Shown piece by piece: positions 19,601 through 31,000 of a stretch of 53,807 nucleotides of DNA (position 1 is the first letter of the stretch; each line of letters begins with the position of its first letter). The stretch lies in the IMG/VR virus record IMGVR_UViG_3300010354_000118, positions 1-53,807 of that record; one strand, 5' to 3'. The notes beneath the pieces were generated by a model. It saw only the letters and a list, made by a program, of their open reading frames with translations, searched no databases and was not told the origin of the DNA. The position numbers and the translations under genes were made by a program. This stretch comes from a virus. Taxonomy: Duplodnaviria > Caudoviricetes.

Positions 19601-21125
19601 CAGCACTGTAGACCATTAATAAATTATATTCATTCATAAAATCATTAGCATAATTCCAACCTGAATTTCCCCCATCAAAGACTACCATCCATTCGACAAC
19701 ATTTGTATAGGTGGGAGTACCGCGAAAAGTACCAGTTTGTTTACGAACCTTCACATACATCACATGCAAATTAGCCAGTTTACAGTCGTTGACTGTTATA
19801 GGATTTTGAGTTGTTCCTGTTTTTAAAACTAATTGATCATTAAGATAATATTGTATTCGAGTTATATCTGAAATGCGTATGCCATTCATCATACCAAGCA
19901 TAATGCCATACGAATTATTGACTATTGTAGGGGTCTTAAATCCCCAAAATTCATCTGCAGGTTTATAAAATTCGTAATATACCAATGCATTGTAAGTTCG
20001 AAACCCGTCACCTTCTACATATATTAATCGTAAATTAGAATCTATACCAAACCCGGTAGTTAGTCCTCCAGAAACACTGAGGCTTCCTGCAGGATGATAT
20101 CCAATAAATTGCTTAGTTGATTGGAATATATTAGTATCGAATCCCAGACCTGGATAAACTTGAGACCAATTCATGGGTATCAATCTACTCCTAGTCTTGG
20201 ACTTATCTAACCAAAGAGGGTGATTTTCAAACTGATGACCTATGAAGTCTTCAACTTCAACAACCATAATATCAACCCCCTTACCTGTGAAAGGTGTGGT
20301 GTAATTGTATTGAATGTCGCTACGTATATCTCCAAAATTCAGTGTTCTAAAAGTAATTTCCCACGTTCCAGCACCGGCTAGGGAAACAGGAAAAACAGTA
20401 CCTGTGCTCAAAAAGCTGGTTTGATCTATTTGTAACGTGTAATAAGTGGAAGTCCCTACAGTGTCTTTGGTTATTGATGTGACTTCTAATTCTTTTGATA
20501 CACTTAAATCTCTGTTACTTCTTATTAAAACTGTATTATTTTTTAATCGCCAATTTGATGTAGCAGTAGGATTAAAAACAAAAGCACTGTTGGTATGAAT
20601 GCCGAAGGGAGTTTTATTTGCATCTGTAGTGAATAATCTTACTCTTGCAGGAACAATATCATCAGGATTGGTTAATTCTATGTTAAAAGTCCCGGGAGTA
20701 TTGGGATAAAATGTGGTATTGACATTACTTAGGTAATAGAGATAGGTAACTCGTGTAGGCTGTGCGTTCAAATAATCCATTTGCCCGATATTACCTATGC
20801 TTCTCACTTGATTAGCATGTGTATAATAAATCATACTGCCATACTTACTGATATCAGGATTTACGGGTAGGTCACTTTGTTGGCCTATAAGTCGTAAATC
20901 ATTTTGATAATGATTCAATTTCCATAGATTTTTTTCAACTTCTGTAATCTGTATGTTTAAAAAAGTTTTAAGATAATCTGCATACTCTTCTGTAGTGGCA
21001 ACCGAAAGTAATCTAGGCAATAGAGCATATCTGCCCATTAAAATACAGCTATCATTTATAATATTAACGATTAATTCATCCATGTCACCGTCATAGATAA
21101 TTAGATAATCCTTGAGTTGCGACAT
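16653..21125 (-). CDS. virion-associated subtilase (S8)-like protein with Ig-like segments and C-terminal Gly-rich domain
   Basis: GKGVDIMVVE, HPAGSLS, SAAND, YSARGYGIDIVA, FGGTSCAGPVVTG; C-terminal WTVPDGV..VSVVCIGGGGSG Gly-rich domain. Confidence 0.75.
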   Translation of the reverse strand: MSQLKDYLIIYDGDMDELIVNIINDSCILMGRYALLPRLLSVATTEEYADYLKTFLNIQITEVEKNLWKLNHYQNDLRLIGQQSDLPVNPDISKYGSMIYYTHANQVRSIGNIGQMDYLNAQPTRVTYLYYLSNVNTTFYPNTPGTFNIELTNPDDIVPARVRLFTTDANKTPFGIHTNSAFVFNPTATSNWRLKNNTVLIRSNRDLSVSKELEVTSITKDTVGTSTYYTLQIDQTSFLSTGTVFPVSLAGAGTWEITFRTLNFGDIRSDIQYNYTTPFTGKGVDIMVVEVEDFIGHQFENHPLWLDKSKTRSRLIPMNWSQVYPGLGFDTNIFQSTKQFIGYHPAGSLSVSGGLTTGFGIDSNLRLIYVEGDGFRTYNALVYYEFYKPADEFWGFKTPTIVNNSYGIMLGMMNGIRISDITRIQYYLNDQLVLKTGTTQNPITVNDCKLANLHVMYVKVRKQTGTFRGTPTYTNVVEWMVVFDGGNSGWNYANDFMNEYNLLMVYSAANDCNHYAKYDSKEWRDTKIVAKPGHILYKPQSRFGTITDLTDGQSETQIAGEVEYFPLQATTLGGYDNVINVAAMQSSDAQPLLTSYSARGYGIDIVADTSMFSAYPGLKIGNDWYGMFGGTSCAGPVVTGILAALADKFMTYNKRAPSPRELKAVLINESKKGFLRDPVVADWPSNPLPTANYDTDLLYAGKISLFKHNPAGTEGSFSFVNGGVHDINLNGTPNRVAFIDTNFVRDPSRDMNFINDEEDPVIIRFPYKIINNNNFFTLLLLSNPSFQAYSYINLKLAEIKSRYKATPSYTLSGDKGVLSFNEATATLSGIVNWSGTRAFTITATYGPSSRANTFTLTPTFRNPMSIQRYQSLRVTTGDPELSLQVDLFERILLGVVKAFGTNTLPTTGISPQLPAGITLEAVDNSVQTDIDRIIYYYIRGTALTTSSRTLHTLTLTSYNVAQTLQFYTQCTVPVPLTLQTYNINTQYLSKTASLPGFDPITYMTVQFSENVKLNDLVLFSCSGGSDIISKLPSPSNDGRRTGTRNPDFTGTYSIALLAPPWPSYPSNYDWYELVEPTTIFAYDSTDGAGKAVELYRPLTTGTMKINFKKSTIGTVPRFSIPFPTNGRSMDFKINDRADVNKVSQLNIKLRPRTPYGEALFITPGTIEWTVPDGVFQVSVVCIGGGGSGSTTIKSFEDPSDPDPRFINTNFNHPDSWKVKPSGGGGGGLAYRNSIEVTPGQKIFIQVGQGGAPSLEFVETDGTIRGGDGGDSYFGSRTLVCGYGGRGGYTRGGMGGPMNYGFAGNGGGGAGGPGSDYPNNKQFLGAGGGAGGYSPAGSATGGAGQLYPFNSRSTLPSQFGGGGAGGLLSGPSPTGGGGTEVYGLGPDGSYITKITETVNSATNQKITHTAVYPGTGSLLPECYTADPHAGDTLSQNGVSIVSRNGALFGGGGAYQGLGASGAVRVIWGGNNWAYFRQFPSTNTKPIIPVGF

Positions 21126-22006
21126 TATGCTTCTATCCTTACCAAGGTTAAGGTGACCTGTATTTGTCTATTAACTGAATCTTGATTGGTGACAGCATAG
21201 TGAATTAATTCCTGTCCGTCGGCATTGTAGCCAATTAGGCACGGTGTACAGGTAATAAAATTATTAACATTATTAATAGTAAAATCAACAATAATACCGG
21301 CATAGGGCAAGGGCTCATCTCCCCATGTTCTAGTATTATCATCAACTCTGCTTTGACTGCTGTCATATAATCTCACCCAGGCTTTGTTATTGGCCTGCAT
21401 CTTGTATAAAATAAATCCTTTGGGACATGCTACCGATCCTGTGGCAGTTTGACCTGGCGTTAATACCGAAGTTGTTATCTGAACTGCCTGTCTGGTGCCT
21501 AGATTAGCACCACTGCCTGCACCTCCTCCACCTGATAGAGTATTACCAGCGAAGTCTTTCACGGTCTGTGTTCTAACAGATGTTACCCAAATTTCTCTAA
21601 ATGCCTGTGTGCTCAATCCTATATCAAATTGACTATTAGTAGTAGGTATTACATTACCAGTTATAGCTCCAATATTTCCACTGCTACCTGTGAATCCCCC
21701 TGCTCCCCTACTACCTGTAAATCCTGCTATAGTAGACGCACTGCCAGTGAATCCCTTTTCCCCTTGACTACCTCTAAATCCTGTTACGCCTACTGAACCT
21801 GTTCGTCCTACACTGCCAGTGAATCCAGTGTCGGCCTTACTGCCCGTAAACCCTCTACTACCAGTAAAAGACTGTAAAAAATTATTAAGAGTAGTTACAG
21901 ATGCTTTTTGTAGAGCTCTGGTTGTTGGATTATAGGTAATTAGTTCTGTAGTTCCGGCTACCGTAGTGACTAGCGGCAATCCGCCTAAATTTACACTTGT
22001 TGTCAT
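21125..22006 (-). CDS. collagen-like fibre protein
   Basis: Run of G-x-y triplets with a GFTGSx period in the N-terminal half. Confidence 0.7.
   Translation of the reverse strand: MTTSVNLGGLPLVTTVAGTTELITYNPTTRALQKASVTTLNNFLQSFTGSRGFTGSKADTGFTGSVGRTGSVGVTGFRGSQGEKGFTGSASTIAGFTGSRGAGGFTGSSGNIGAITGNVIPTTNSQFDIGLSTQAFREIWVTSVRTQTVKDFAGNTLSGGGGAGSGANLGTRQAVQITTSVLTPGQTATGSVACPKGFILYKMQANNKAWVRLYDSSQSRVDDNTRTWGDEPLPYAGIIVDFTINNVNNFITCTPCLIGYNADGQELIHYAVTNQDSVNRQIQVTLTLVRIEA
21680..21870 (-). repeat. degenerate 18-nt coding repeat (GFTGSx)
   Basis: Recurring plus-strand units such as ctgccagtgaatcc, ctacctgtgaatcc and ctacctgtaaatcc. Confidence 0.75.
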
Positions 22007-22007
22007 G

Positions 22008-25000
22008 TTAGAATCCCTTTATTCTTATACCGCTATCATATGTCAGGTACGTGCCATCATCTAATCTTATATACATATCGCCACCATAATAATTAATATC
22101 CGGAATTCCAGCGGTTCTATCATGTATAAATGTACTAACTGAGCTTTCAGGTTTTTTCGCTACCGAAACGCTTAATAGACTCGTATCACTTACGTATCTT
22201 CTAACCAGCGATAATGGATATCCGGTTTGTATATTTACTGTAGAGGTATTTAAAATTATTTTAAATGTACTGGTTCCTTGCTTTATAATACTAAAATCAT
22301 TTTCTAATTCACTGAGTCCAAGATCAGAATTGTTATCAAAGCTATAGTTTTTATCATGAACTAATCTCTTATTACCAGACTTAAGAGGTTTTACCAAAGG
22401 AATTCCTCTATAAAAAACCTGTACTTGATCATGATAAGCTATTGAATCATCAAAACGAATATTATTAATTACGTAGGTATTAGTTGTAGACGTTGTGGAA
22501 ATGACGACTCTTTGGAAATTGTCAGTTAGGGGGATGTTTTGTTTAACACTTCCATCCATGACCCATGTGCCTATGGCATAAAATTCCCTAGGTCCTGTTC
22601 CTAACGTACCCCTTTTAATTCTACGTAATGTGTTGCCCTGTTTCTCTAAATATTCTATGCGTTCGCCTGCAATGAATATGATACCAGGTCTATTTTGTTC
22701 AGGATAAGGATTGGCCATTACTAATCCGTCGCTGACTTCTATTTCTGTATCATCATATCTTAGTTCTTTGGTAAGATACACAGTGTCTTGCTGACTGATT
22801 CTCTTGAAATGATTTCTATTGAAAATATCTTGAAATAATTTGAATCCGATAGTCTTAGTTTCACTATAACCAAATGCCAATATATTAACTAAACCGTCGG
22901 TTTCTTTCATTAGATCTTCGTCAATCTTTATGGTCTTTTTATCAGAAAGAACATAAAAATCAGATCCGCCAAGTAGAGCCTTACCATTCAAACTTACCCA
23001 AACAAAATTTTCGTCGTAGACTACTCTAGAAATTCTATAATATCCGCTGCCATTTATTGGAAATACTTCATTGATAGCGAAACTATTATCTTGGACTGGC
23101 CAACTTAAAACTCTTAATTTTCCAGCCGTATTATATTTTTTTATGATATAAATTTGATTTCCTATTATTCTAAATTCAGCAGGATATTGATAGATAGTTA
23201 TACCAAGTGTATCTCCAGGTACCAAATAACCATTTGGCAATCTAACAGTCATAGCGTCTGTATCTAAGAAAAATGCAGTACCAGGAACTTCGACTGAATT
23301 TTTAAAAAGTTCAATTTCACTATATCCTAATGATTCAATAGGATAACTAAATCTTCCTTGTAATGAAAATTCAACTTGGTTATTTTCAGTAATTTTAATG
23401 TAAGTCGTATTTGGTGGTGTAAGCCTCCTACCATCTAATTCTACAATAACCTGCGATGACTGAGAATAATTGTAAGCTGGAGGATTTTTTAATGTATAAC
23501 CGCTAGCATAAATTGTATTAGCTAGATTATTATCGATTCCTCTGTAATCTATAAATTGTTCGTAAAATAGTGTAGAATGTAAAGATTCATTGGCAAACAT
23601 ACTGGTAACTATTGTTCCTCCGGCACTATTGAGATTTGATATTTGTACTGCTGCTCTCGAAGCGTTGAATCCTGGTGCTTGAACTATTTGATATGAATAA
23701 TTTGTAGCACTGTTTACATAGATATCAACCGCAGAACTTTTTACTTCGTTATAATCTGCGTCAGTTAAAAATAGGTACTCATCTAATCCAGGTGGTATAT
23801 TGCCATAATTTACAGATAATAATCTACTGCCTCCCGGAACTGCGGCGATAATTTCTAATGATCCAGATTTTACAAAATCTGAAACTCTATTAGGACTGAA
23901 GCTACCTTCACCAGCATAAACCCAATTTCCCCCATCAGCTAGACTATAGAATACATGCGAACTATTATCACGAATAGCTGTGTAGCCTATTTGAGTTCCA
24001 GATCCATTTAGTGAGCCAGATCTTGCTGTAGAAACACCTGTAATAAATCCTCGATCGCCGTTAAAATTTATACCCTTCCATACGTTTCCGTAGACCATTT
24101 CTATGTATTGGTATACTCCATTAGTATATAGAGTTACTTGATATTGATAGGACGGAAAAGGACTTTGCAATCTCTCATTATAATGTCCGCCTTCATGCCT
24201 AATTTTAAAATATTGCCACTCTCCTATAGTTCCAGAATCTGTATACAAACCTGGATTTCTTCCGCTGTTCAACGGCTGACCGTTAGAACCTAATGATAAC
24301 CATAAATCACAGTACATGACATAAATTGCAGGAGAAGTTAAAAACCCAAATTGCAAAGGAGTCCAATTAGTAAAACCGTAGCCAAATGTAAGATATCCGT
24401 TAGATCCCACATAAACTTGGTCAAAAGTTTTTCCAAACATGTTCCATTTTATAGGAAGTGGATAAGGGCCGAAAAAGGCATCATCCCCTATGTCGGAATT
24501 TTCTATAAAATTATCATCCGAATAATTCATAGATTTTATAGCCTTGCTAAAATAGGGCCCAACTGTATATCTTGTTGGATCGTCTTTAAGTTCGATAGAT
24601 CTAGAATTGTAATCAATATCATAGACTTTTCTATCTAATTGTTGATTATTAAATGTAACAATAATAGGATATCCTGGATATACTCCCTTGCTAAATGAAT
24701 ATGTACCTGTACTCACATCCTCGACTGTGTGAACTCTTCTATAGAAAGCAGGACCTGCTGTTATAGATCTAGAATAAACATTGATACCTACAGTATCATA
24801 GGCCTCCCCTTTGACCATTTCTTCAGGTGCGTGTGATCGCCAAGGTGATAGGAATTGATCACCATCTAATCTAATATCTAGAGGATCAACTCCTCGAGCA
24901 GTTAGAAATGCGCCAGACGTAGATGTGGTCATGTCTCCGCCACTGATTTGAACATCTAAATTGTCTACATCAAACGCTACTTTACCCCATTCGTTTGATT

Positions 25001-28000
25001 CAAATAAATCGTTATCAAAATTATAATTGGGATTAAGAGGTTCTGTTATCAAAGTGGTACCAGGATATTCTGCACCTTTCATATTTTGAGAAACGACATT
25101 TCCTGACATTCCAGACCCAGATTCATATAGATCTAGCATTCTTTCAACAGCAGAATATAGTTTAACATTCTTTGTATAACTGACTTCCAGTGTTTCTCCG
25201 TTATTAGGAATTCTATCTATAACAATGTCTGTCATTAAGGCATGATAACTATTCTTTAGTTTCCTGTATTCCCTAACAAAAAACTTATTTTTCAAAAGAT
25301 TAATCCCGTTTAGTTTTACTTCTATTTGATTTTTATCAGGTGTAGCGGCCCATCGAGTGGTTTGATAATCTTTTGTTCCGTCAAAGGTAAAAGTTTCAGT
25401 TACTCTATCCGAGGGCACTTCTCTTGATGTAGTAATTCTGTCAAATTTTATGTTAATAAGATTTGATCTTACTTTACGATTATTCATTATGCAATAGGCT
25501 GTGGCATTTTCACCAGTTTTTTCGAAACTATTAATAACAATAGTAGGTGTTTCCGTATAGCCATCACCTTGATCTAAAACTTCTATTTTATAAACTTGAC
25601 CTCTTCTTATATAGGCTTTGGCCCTGGCAGGACGAATTAATGGTTGAGATTGATTAGAAAGAATTATTACTTCTGGCGGATTTAAATATCCGCTGCCTGT
25701 GTCACGAATTTTAATTTCTTCTACAAATAATTTATAATTTTTAGACCATGATCTATGAGGTTCATTGTTGATCCTCTCATCATTTAATGACAATGGAACA
25801 AAGGTTTTTTGCTGTTCACTATAGACAAGTGGATAATCAAAATCGGTTATCACTCCATTAAATGGTTCAAGATTATTATAGGACAAAGCGTAATTTCTTA
25901 TTTTGCTGTGAAATGGTTTTATTTCTTTCACATAATCTTCATACCATTCGGAATTTGAAAATTTATACGAACCTGGTTGTGTAAGACCGTTAATTTCTGC
26001 TTTGACTGAGATAAAAGATGTTTTAAAAGCCCAATCAAGTGTTTTCTGCTCGCTATGAGCGTATCTTACCGCGGTCAAAAACATGGCTACCCAGTTCGAT
26101 TTAAGTATGCCTACAAAAATATTATCTCTTATAGCTGTTAGAATATTTGTTAATTCTATATTAGGAGTTTGATCGAAAAGAGTTACATCAAATGGCGTAA
26201 CTTGGTCAAAACCAAGGACACTTAATCTATTGTCCCATAAGCTATCTTTTAATTTTATAGTAGATAATTCTCCAAAAACAATATCATAATCTTTTGTAAA
26301 ATTACCTTGGATTCCGTCGGTTTTTCTTAAAATTAAATATCTAGATTCATAATTATTAACTTTGACGTAACCAGAGGGTTTGATATCCAACGTCTGAAGC
26401 TGATAGATATTATCTATCACTGCATCATAAGATTGATAAGATTTATAATCTTTATTTTTATAATCGACAAAATCCCAATACCTTGTAGTATCAAAACTCT
26501 GAGTTTTTATCTTTATCCATGATGAATTAATATATGAATATATAGCCCATCTTCCATTAGAAGTTGAATCGGACCTTATCAGGACTGAAAAAGGTCGAAT
26601 GACCAAATTTACCGTTTGATAATCATTTCCTGGACGAATGATTACTATATCAATGATTCGTCCTAAGTGATCGACAATGCTTTCTAGTTCTAAACCATTT
26701 AGATCGTTCTCAATATATATTCTAGGCCCTAGCCATTTAATAGGATTGCCGTTGATGTCTACTTCTTTCACTACTAATCTGCCATAACCTAGGCCAGGTT
26801 CTAATATATTAACTTTTGTAATTCTACCATTTTCTATTTCAGCTGAGACTGCTGCAGACTTGATTGTTTTTATATCAATACGATCTTTGTCAATTATGTC
26901 CTCAACCGCCAAATCGTAGCTTGACTCTGCAACGTCAGGTTCTTCTTCTCGTAAAAACAATCTGCTGAGATCATAATAATCTCTAATAAGATTTTGCTCG
27001 AAAATAGAATTTACATAATCAATGATATTTCTCAAAGCATAAAATCTATTTTTAAACATTGACTGTTTTGGTCTAAAATCTATCCCATACCGCTGACGAG
27101 CAGATAAATTGATGTCTGGTATAGGATTACCAAGTTTATCCAATCCAACAATACTATCTATAAACTTCCTCTCTAATAGAGGAGGTATACCATTTTTAGA
27201 ATTTTCATTTAATAAAAACCACTCAGTATGATTTTTATTTGTGTTGTTTATTGAATCATTAAGTACATTTAACACTATATCATTTGATTTTAAGTACGAC
27301 CTTACATTTACTAATGACATAGAATTAGGAGACAAGGCCTGTAGATAAGGAAGTCCATAAAATAACGGATCTTGAATTATAGAAGTTATTTCGCCCGCTG
27401 AAATTTTTCTACCCTGTCTATTTGGTACAAGACTTCTTCCTGACACCCAAAAATAATAACTGGTTTTAAAAGTATCTGAGTATATATCATAGATTTTTTC
27501 TATCGAAAAGTCAGTCGTTGATTTAGCTATGCCATCTATACCTTGTATTAGGCCAGCTTCCGATCCTGTGAGTTCATTCCATTGGGTGGGATTAATTGAA
27601 CTTTCTACCCATTCATAGATATCAATCGAACAACCGGGAAATAGTTTACCCCAATAGGCATTTTTAAAATCATCATCTCCTTGATCATAATAAATGTATT
27701 TTAAATTACTTAGATCCCACCATAATTCTCCAACTTTTTCTTTACCCCAAGATTGTTTTTGATCTAGATTATTTGTACCTTGATTATATACTGCCGGATC
27801 AAACTGTGTTTTATAACGTATTTCTTGATCTGCAATAGAAGGAATTTTTCCTTTTAGCGGATCAAATATTGTCAAATAATCTACAACTTCTTCTTTCTTT
27901 ATATCAATTAATTTCGCAGATCGAATAGAATCAGGATCTACATTTACATATTGATCCTGATACCTTAGTCTTTTCCAACTTAAATTATTTGTATCAATTC

Positions 28001-31000
28001 TGTCCCAAACATAGACGCATCCATCTCTACTTTTATTTTTTATAGAATTGATAGTATCTGGTAATTTTAGATACCTGTTAACTGCTCCATTTATATCATA
28101 TAGATCTGCTACTGATCCTGTAGTGTACTGTATTTGACCCTTAGAAGTAGCTATATCATAGATAATGGTTTTAACACCAGACTGACTAAGAGTAGGATTT
28201 TGTTCAAGAATAAGAGCTACAACACCTGCTACCTGCGCAGCAGCCACATCCGATCCGCTGTTTTTGGTAATATAATGAGTAGATGACCTTAGATCTAAAA
28301 CAGCATTACTTGATGTTCCTACCCAAGCACCCATTATATTAGTACCAGGGGCGAAAAGATCAATCCTAGGTCCTGAATTACTTGATGTGCTTAATGAATC
28401 TATTCCTGGGCCAGCTGATGAATCTGAAATATTACCTACTATGATTGTAGATTGTATGAGCCTATGACCTAATGGTCTGTTATAATATATAGGATTATTA
28501 TTGTTTAGTCCACTGGCAGTAATATAGTTATAGTAATCTTGATCTTCAAAAGTTTTTACTATTTTCAAAGAACTGTCGCCCGCACCGCTTATGGCAATCA
28601 TTCCTGCATTTATACATTCTTGAAGGTCATTAGCTAAATCTGGCAAATACCTACTTATTAGAATTTTATTTTCATATGGACCAGATTGTTTTAGGTGTAT
28701 GCCTTTAGTTGCCAATGTGCTTGTTGAAATCGTTGAGGTAGTGATTCCCCTAAAATTGATAGATGTTATACCACTATATTCTACAGTTAGAAATGAATCT
28801 GCTGCAATTAAAATAATAACAGGCCTATAATTATAGTTTAGTCTTCTTTCCTTGTACCATTCTAATATATATTTGTAGATAAATCTATCGTTTATTACAG
28901 GATAAGCATATGATGGACTAATATTATATATATCAGCACCTCGTGCCCAACCTTGAGTATTACCTGCTACAATAGAAGCTAGATGTGTAGAATGTCTGCT
29001 ATCAAAATTAGAATCGTTTAAATTTGACAACAGTGCCGCAGAATAAGTACTACCTGCATTTATGTCACCGGGAATTTTGTAAGAGAACCAATTTACATAC
29101 TTTACGCGAGATCCGCCAGATCCGTTTGGATATACAGCAAATTCAGGATGGCTAGGATCTATATATCCTCCTATGATTAATATATCAACCCCTTTTCCGT
29201 TATTGACAAGATCCAATGACCCTGACTTAGACATCGTCGAGGACCCAGCTCCCCACAAGGAATCAAGATTCGCCCCGTCAAATATCCTTAAAAGACCCCA
29301 ATTCTTAACTGTAGAAGTTATTGATGTGCCTTTAGAAAAATTATCAGTTTGTTTATATCCTTTATATTTAGAATCATCTGTTAACTTATGAATGGTATCA
29401 GGAGCTCCAACATAGACTGTGTTAGTATCAACAGCTAGTCCAAATCCATAATCATCATCGCCTGGTAAACTAATATCGTTGAGTTCTTCTGCAAAAAGAT
29501 AAAATTCATCTAAACGATTGTAAACATAAACCGACCCAGAATCTTTTTTGAGTCCACCAAATTTCGTATACTTGTTATCAAAAAATGTTGTATTTTTATC
29601 AAAAGTCATACTATAAAAAGTACTTGTACCCTGTGCTCCTATCGCTATGACTGTTCCATCTTTATTACTTTCAACTGACGCCCCAAATTTTAATTCTTTA
29701 AATTGTGTGGGATTTTCTAGAACTTGATGAAACTTAAAACTATTTTCTGACCATTTATAGACTAAAACTTTACCAAGTGTGCCTTGAAGATTAACTGAAT
29801 TAGGAGCTGTGACGTATAGGTAATTACCAACATCATCCATATCAATGTCATCAGCATATAGAGATTCTGTCTTTATAATTCCTAAATTTTGAGGACTGTC
29901 CCATGCTAGTATTTGAACTAGATTATAAGACTTATTATTCTTGAAAATTTCTCTCAGCCAAGTATATAGTTGTTGTTGAGCATCGGGTATATTAATTGCA
30001 TGGCTATAGACCCCGGGAATTTCCAAACCTGCAGAATCTAAAACTGTAACAACTTGGTCAGTAGGTAATAGATCAGTGAATTCTTGAATGTTAGATAAGG
30101 GAACTATATTATCAAAGACACTGTGTAAAAAGTAAAATTTAACTCTATTGGTTTCAATAGAAGTTTTCCAAGAGGCATATTTGTATACAGGGCTTAACAC
30201 TTGAGCATTAGCACCATTATTAGTATATGGATTTAATACGTTAAACACTACCTCATTGGGAATACCATTAGTTGAAGTTCCGGATATACTGCCTATTAAA
30301 TTAGCAGGTAATTTTAAATATCTGTTTGGAGATCCTAGAAGATCATAAGGATCCATGATACCTCCAGACGATGTAGATATTTGATTGATACCGGCGGCAG
30401 CGATAAGAGCAGCCTTGGCAGTGGTAGCGTCTAAGGCAGGATTTATTGAAGCCATTAAGGCCAAAACGCCAGCTACCTGAGGAGCAGCCATACTGGTTCC
30501 GCTGGCCTTGGCCAAATAATATGTAGTAGAGGTACTTCTTGCATCTATGGCAGGTGGTAGTCCTGTATAGCCAAATGAGCTGGTATATGGTTGATCATCT
30601 AGCCAAGCTGAAGTTATATAGGCTCCAGGAGCGAAGATGTCTATTCTATCGCCTCGATTTGAAAAGTTTGCGATTCCGTCAACGCCTACTATGTTGGAAT
30701 TAGCTCTTATAGCGCCAACTAGAATTACACCTGGTACAGATCCAGGAGTTCCTCCTCTCATATAGTAAATAGGATTTCCAGAATTATACCCAGTGGCCGT
30801 TATCGTATTATTGTAATCGGGATCAGCAGCATTGGCAGTTACTTTTAGACCATAGTTCCCAGCTGAAGCAGTTATGATAATTCCAGCTGCTAGGCAGGCA
30901 GAGACATCGGCGGCCACGGTCGTGTCGTAATTTGGTACTTGAATACGATTACTAGCATCAACCCTAAGTCCATATAATGCCAAAGTAGAAGTGGTAAATG

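Noticed and set aside
21680-21870. CRISPR-like or DGR repeat
   Set aside because: Degenerate in-frame collagen-like coding repeat; no spacers, no cas gene and no reverse transcriptase in the window.
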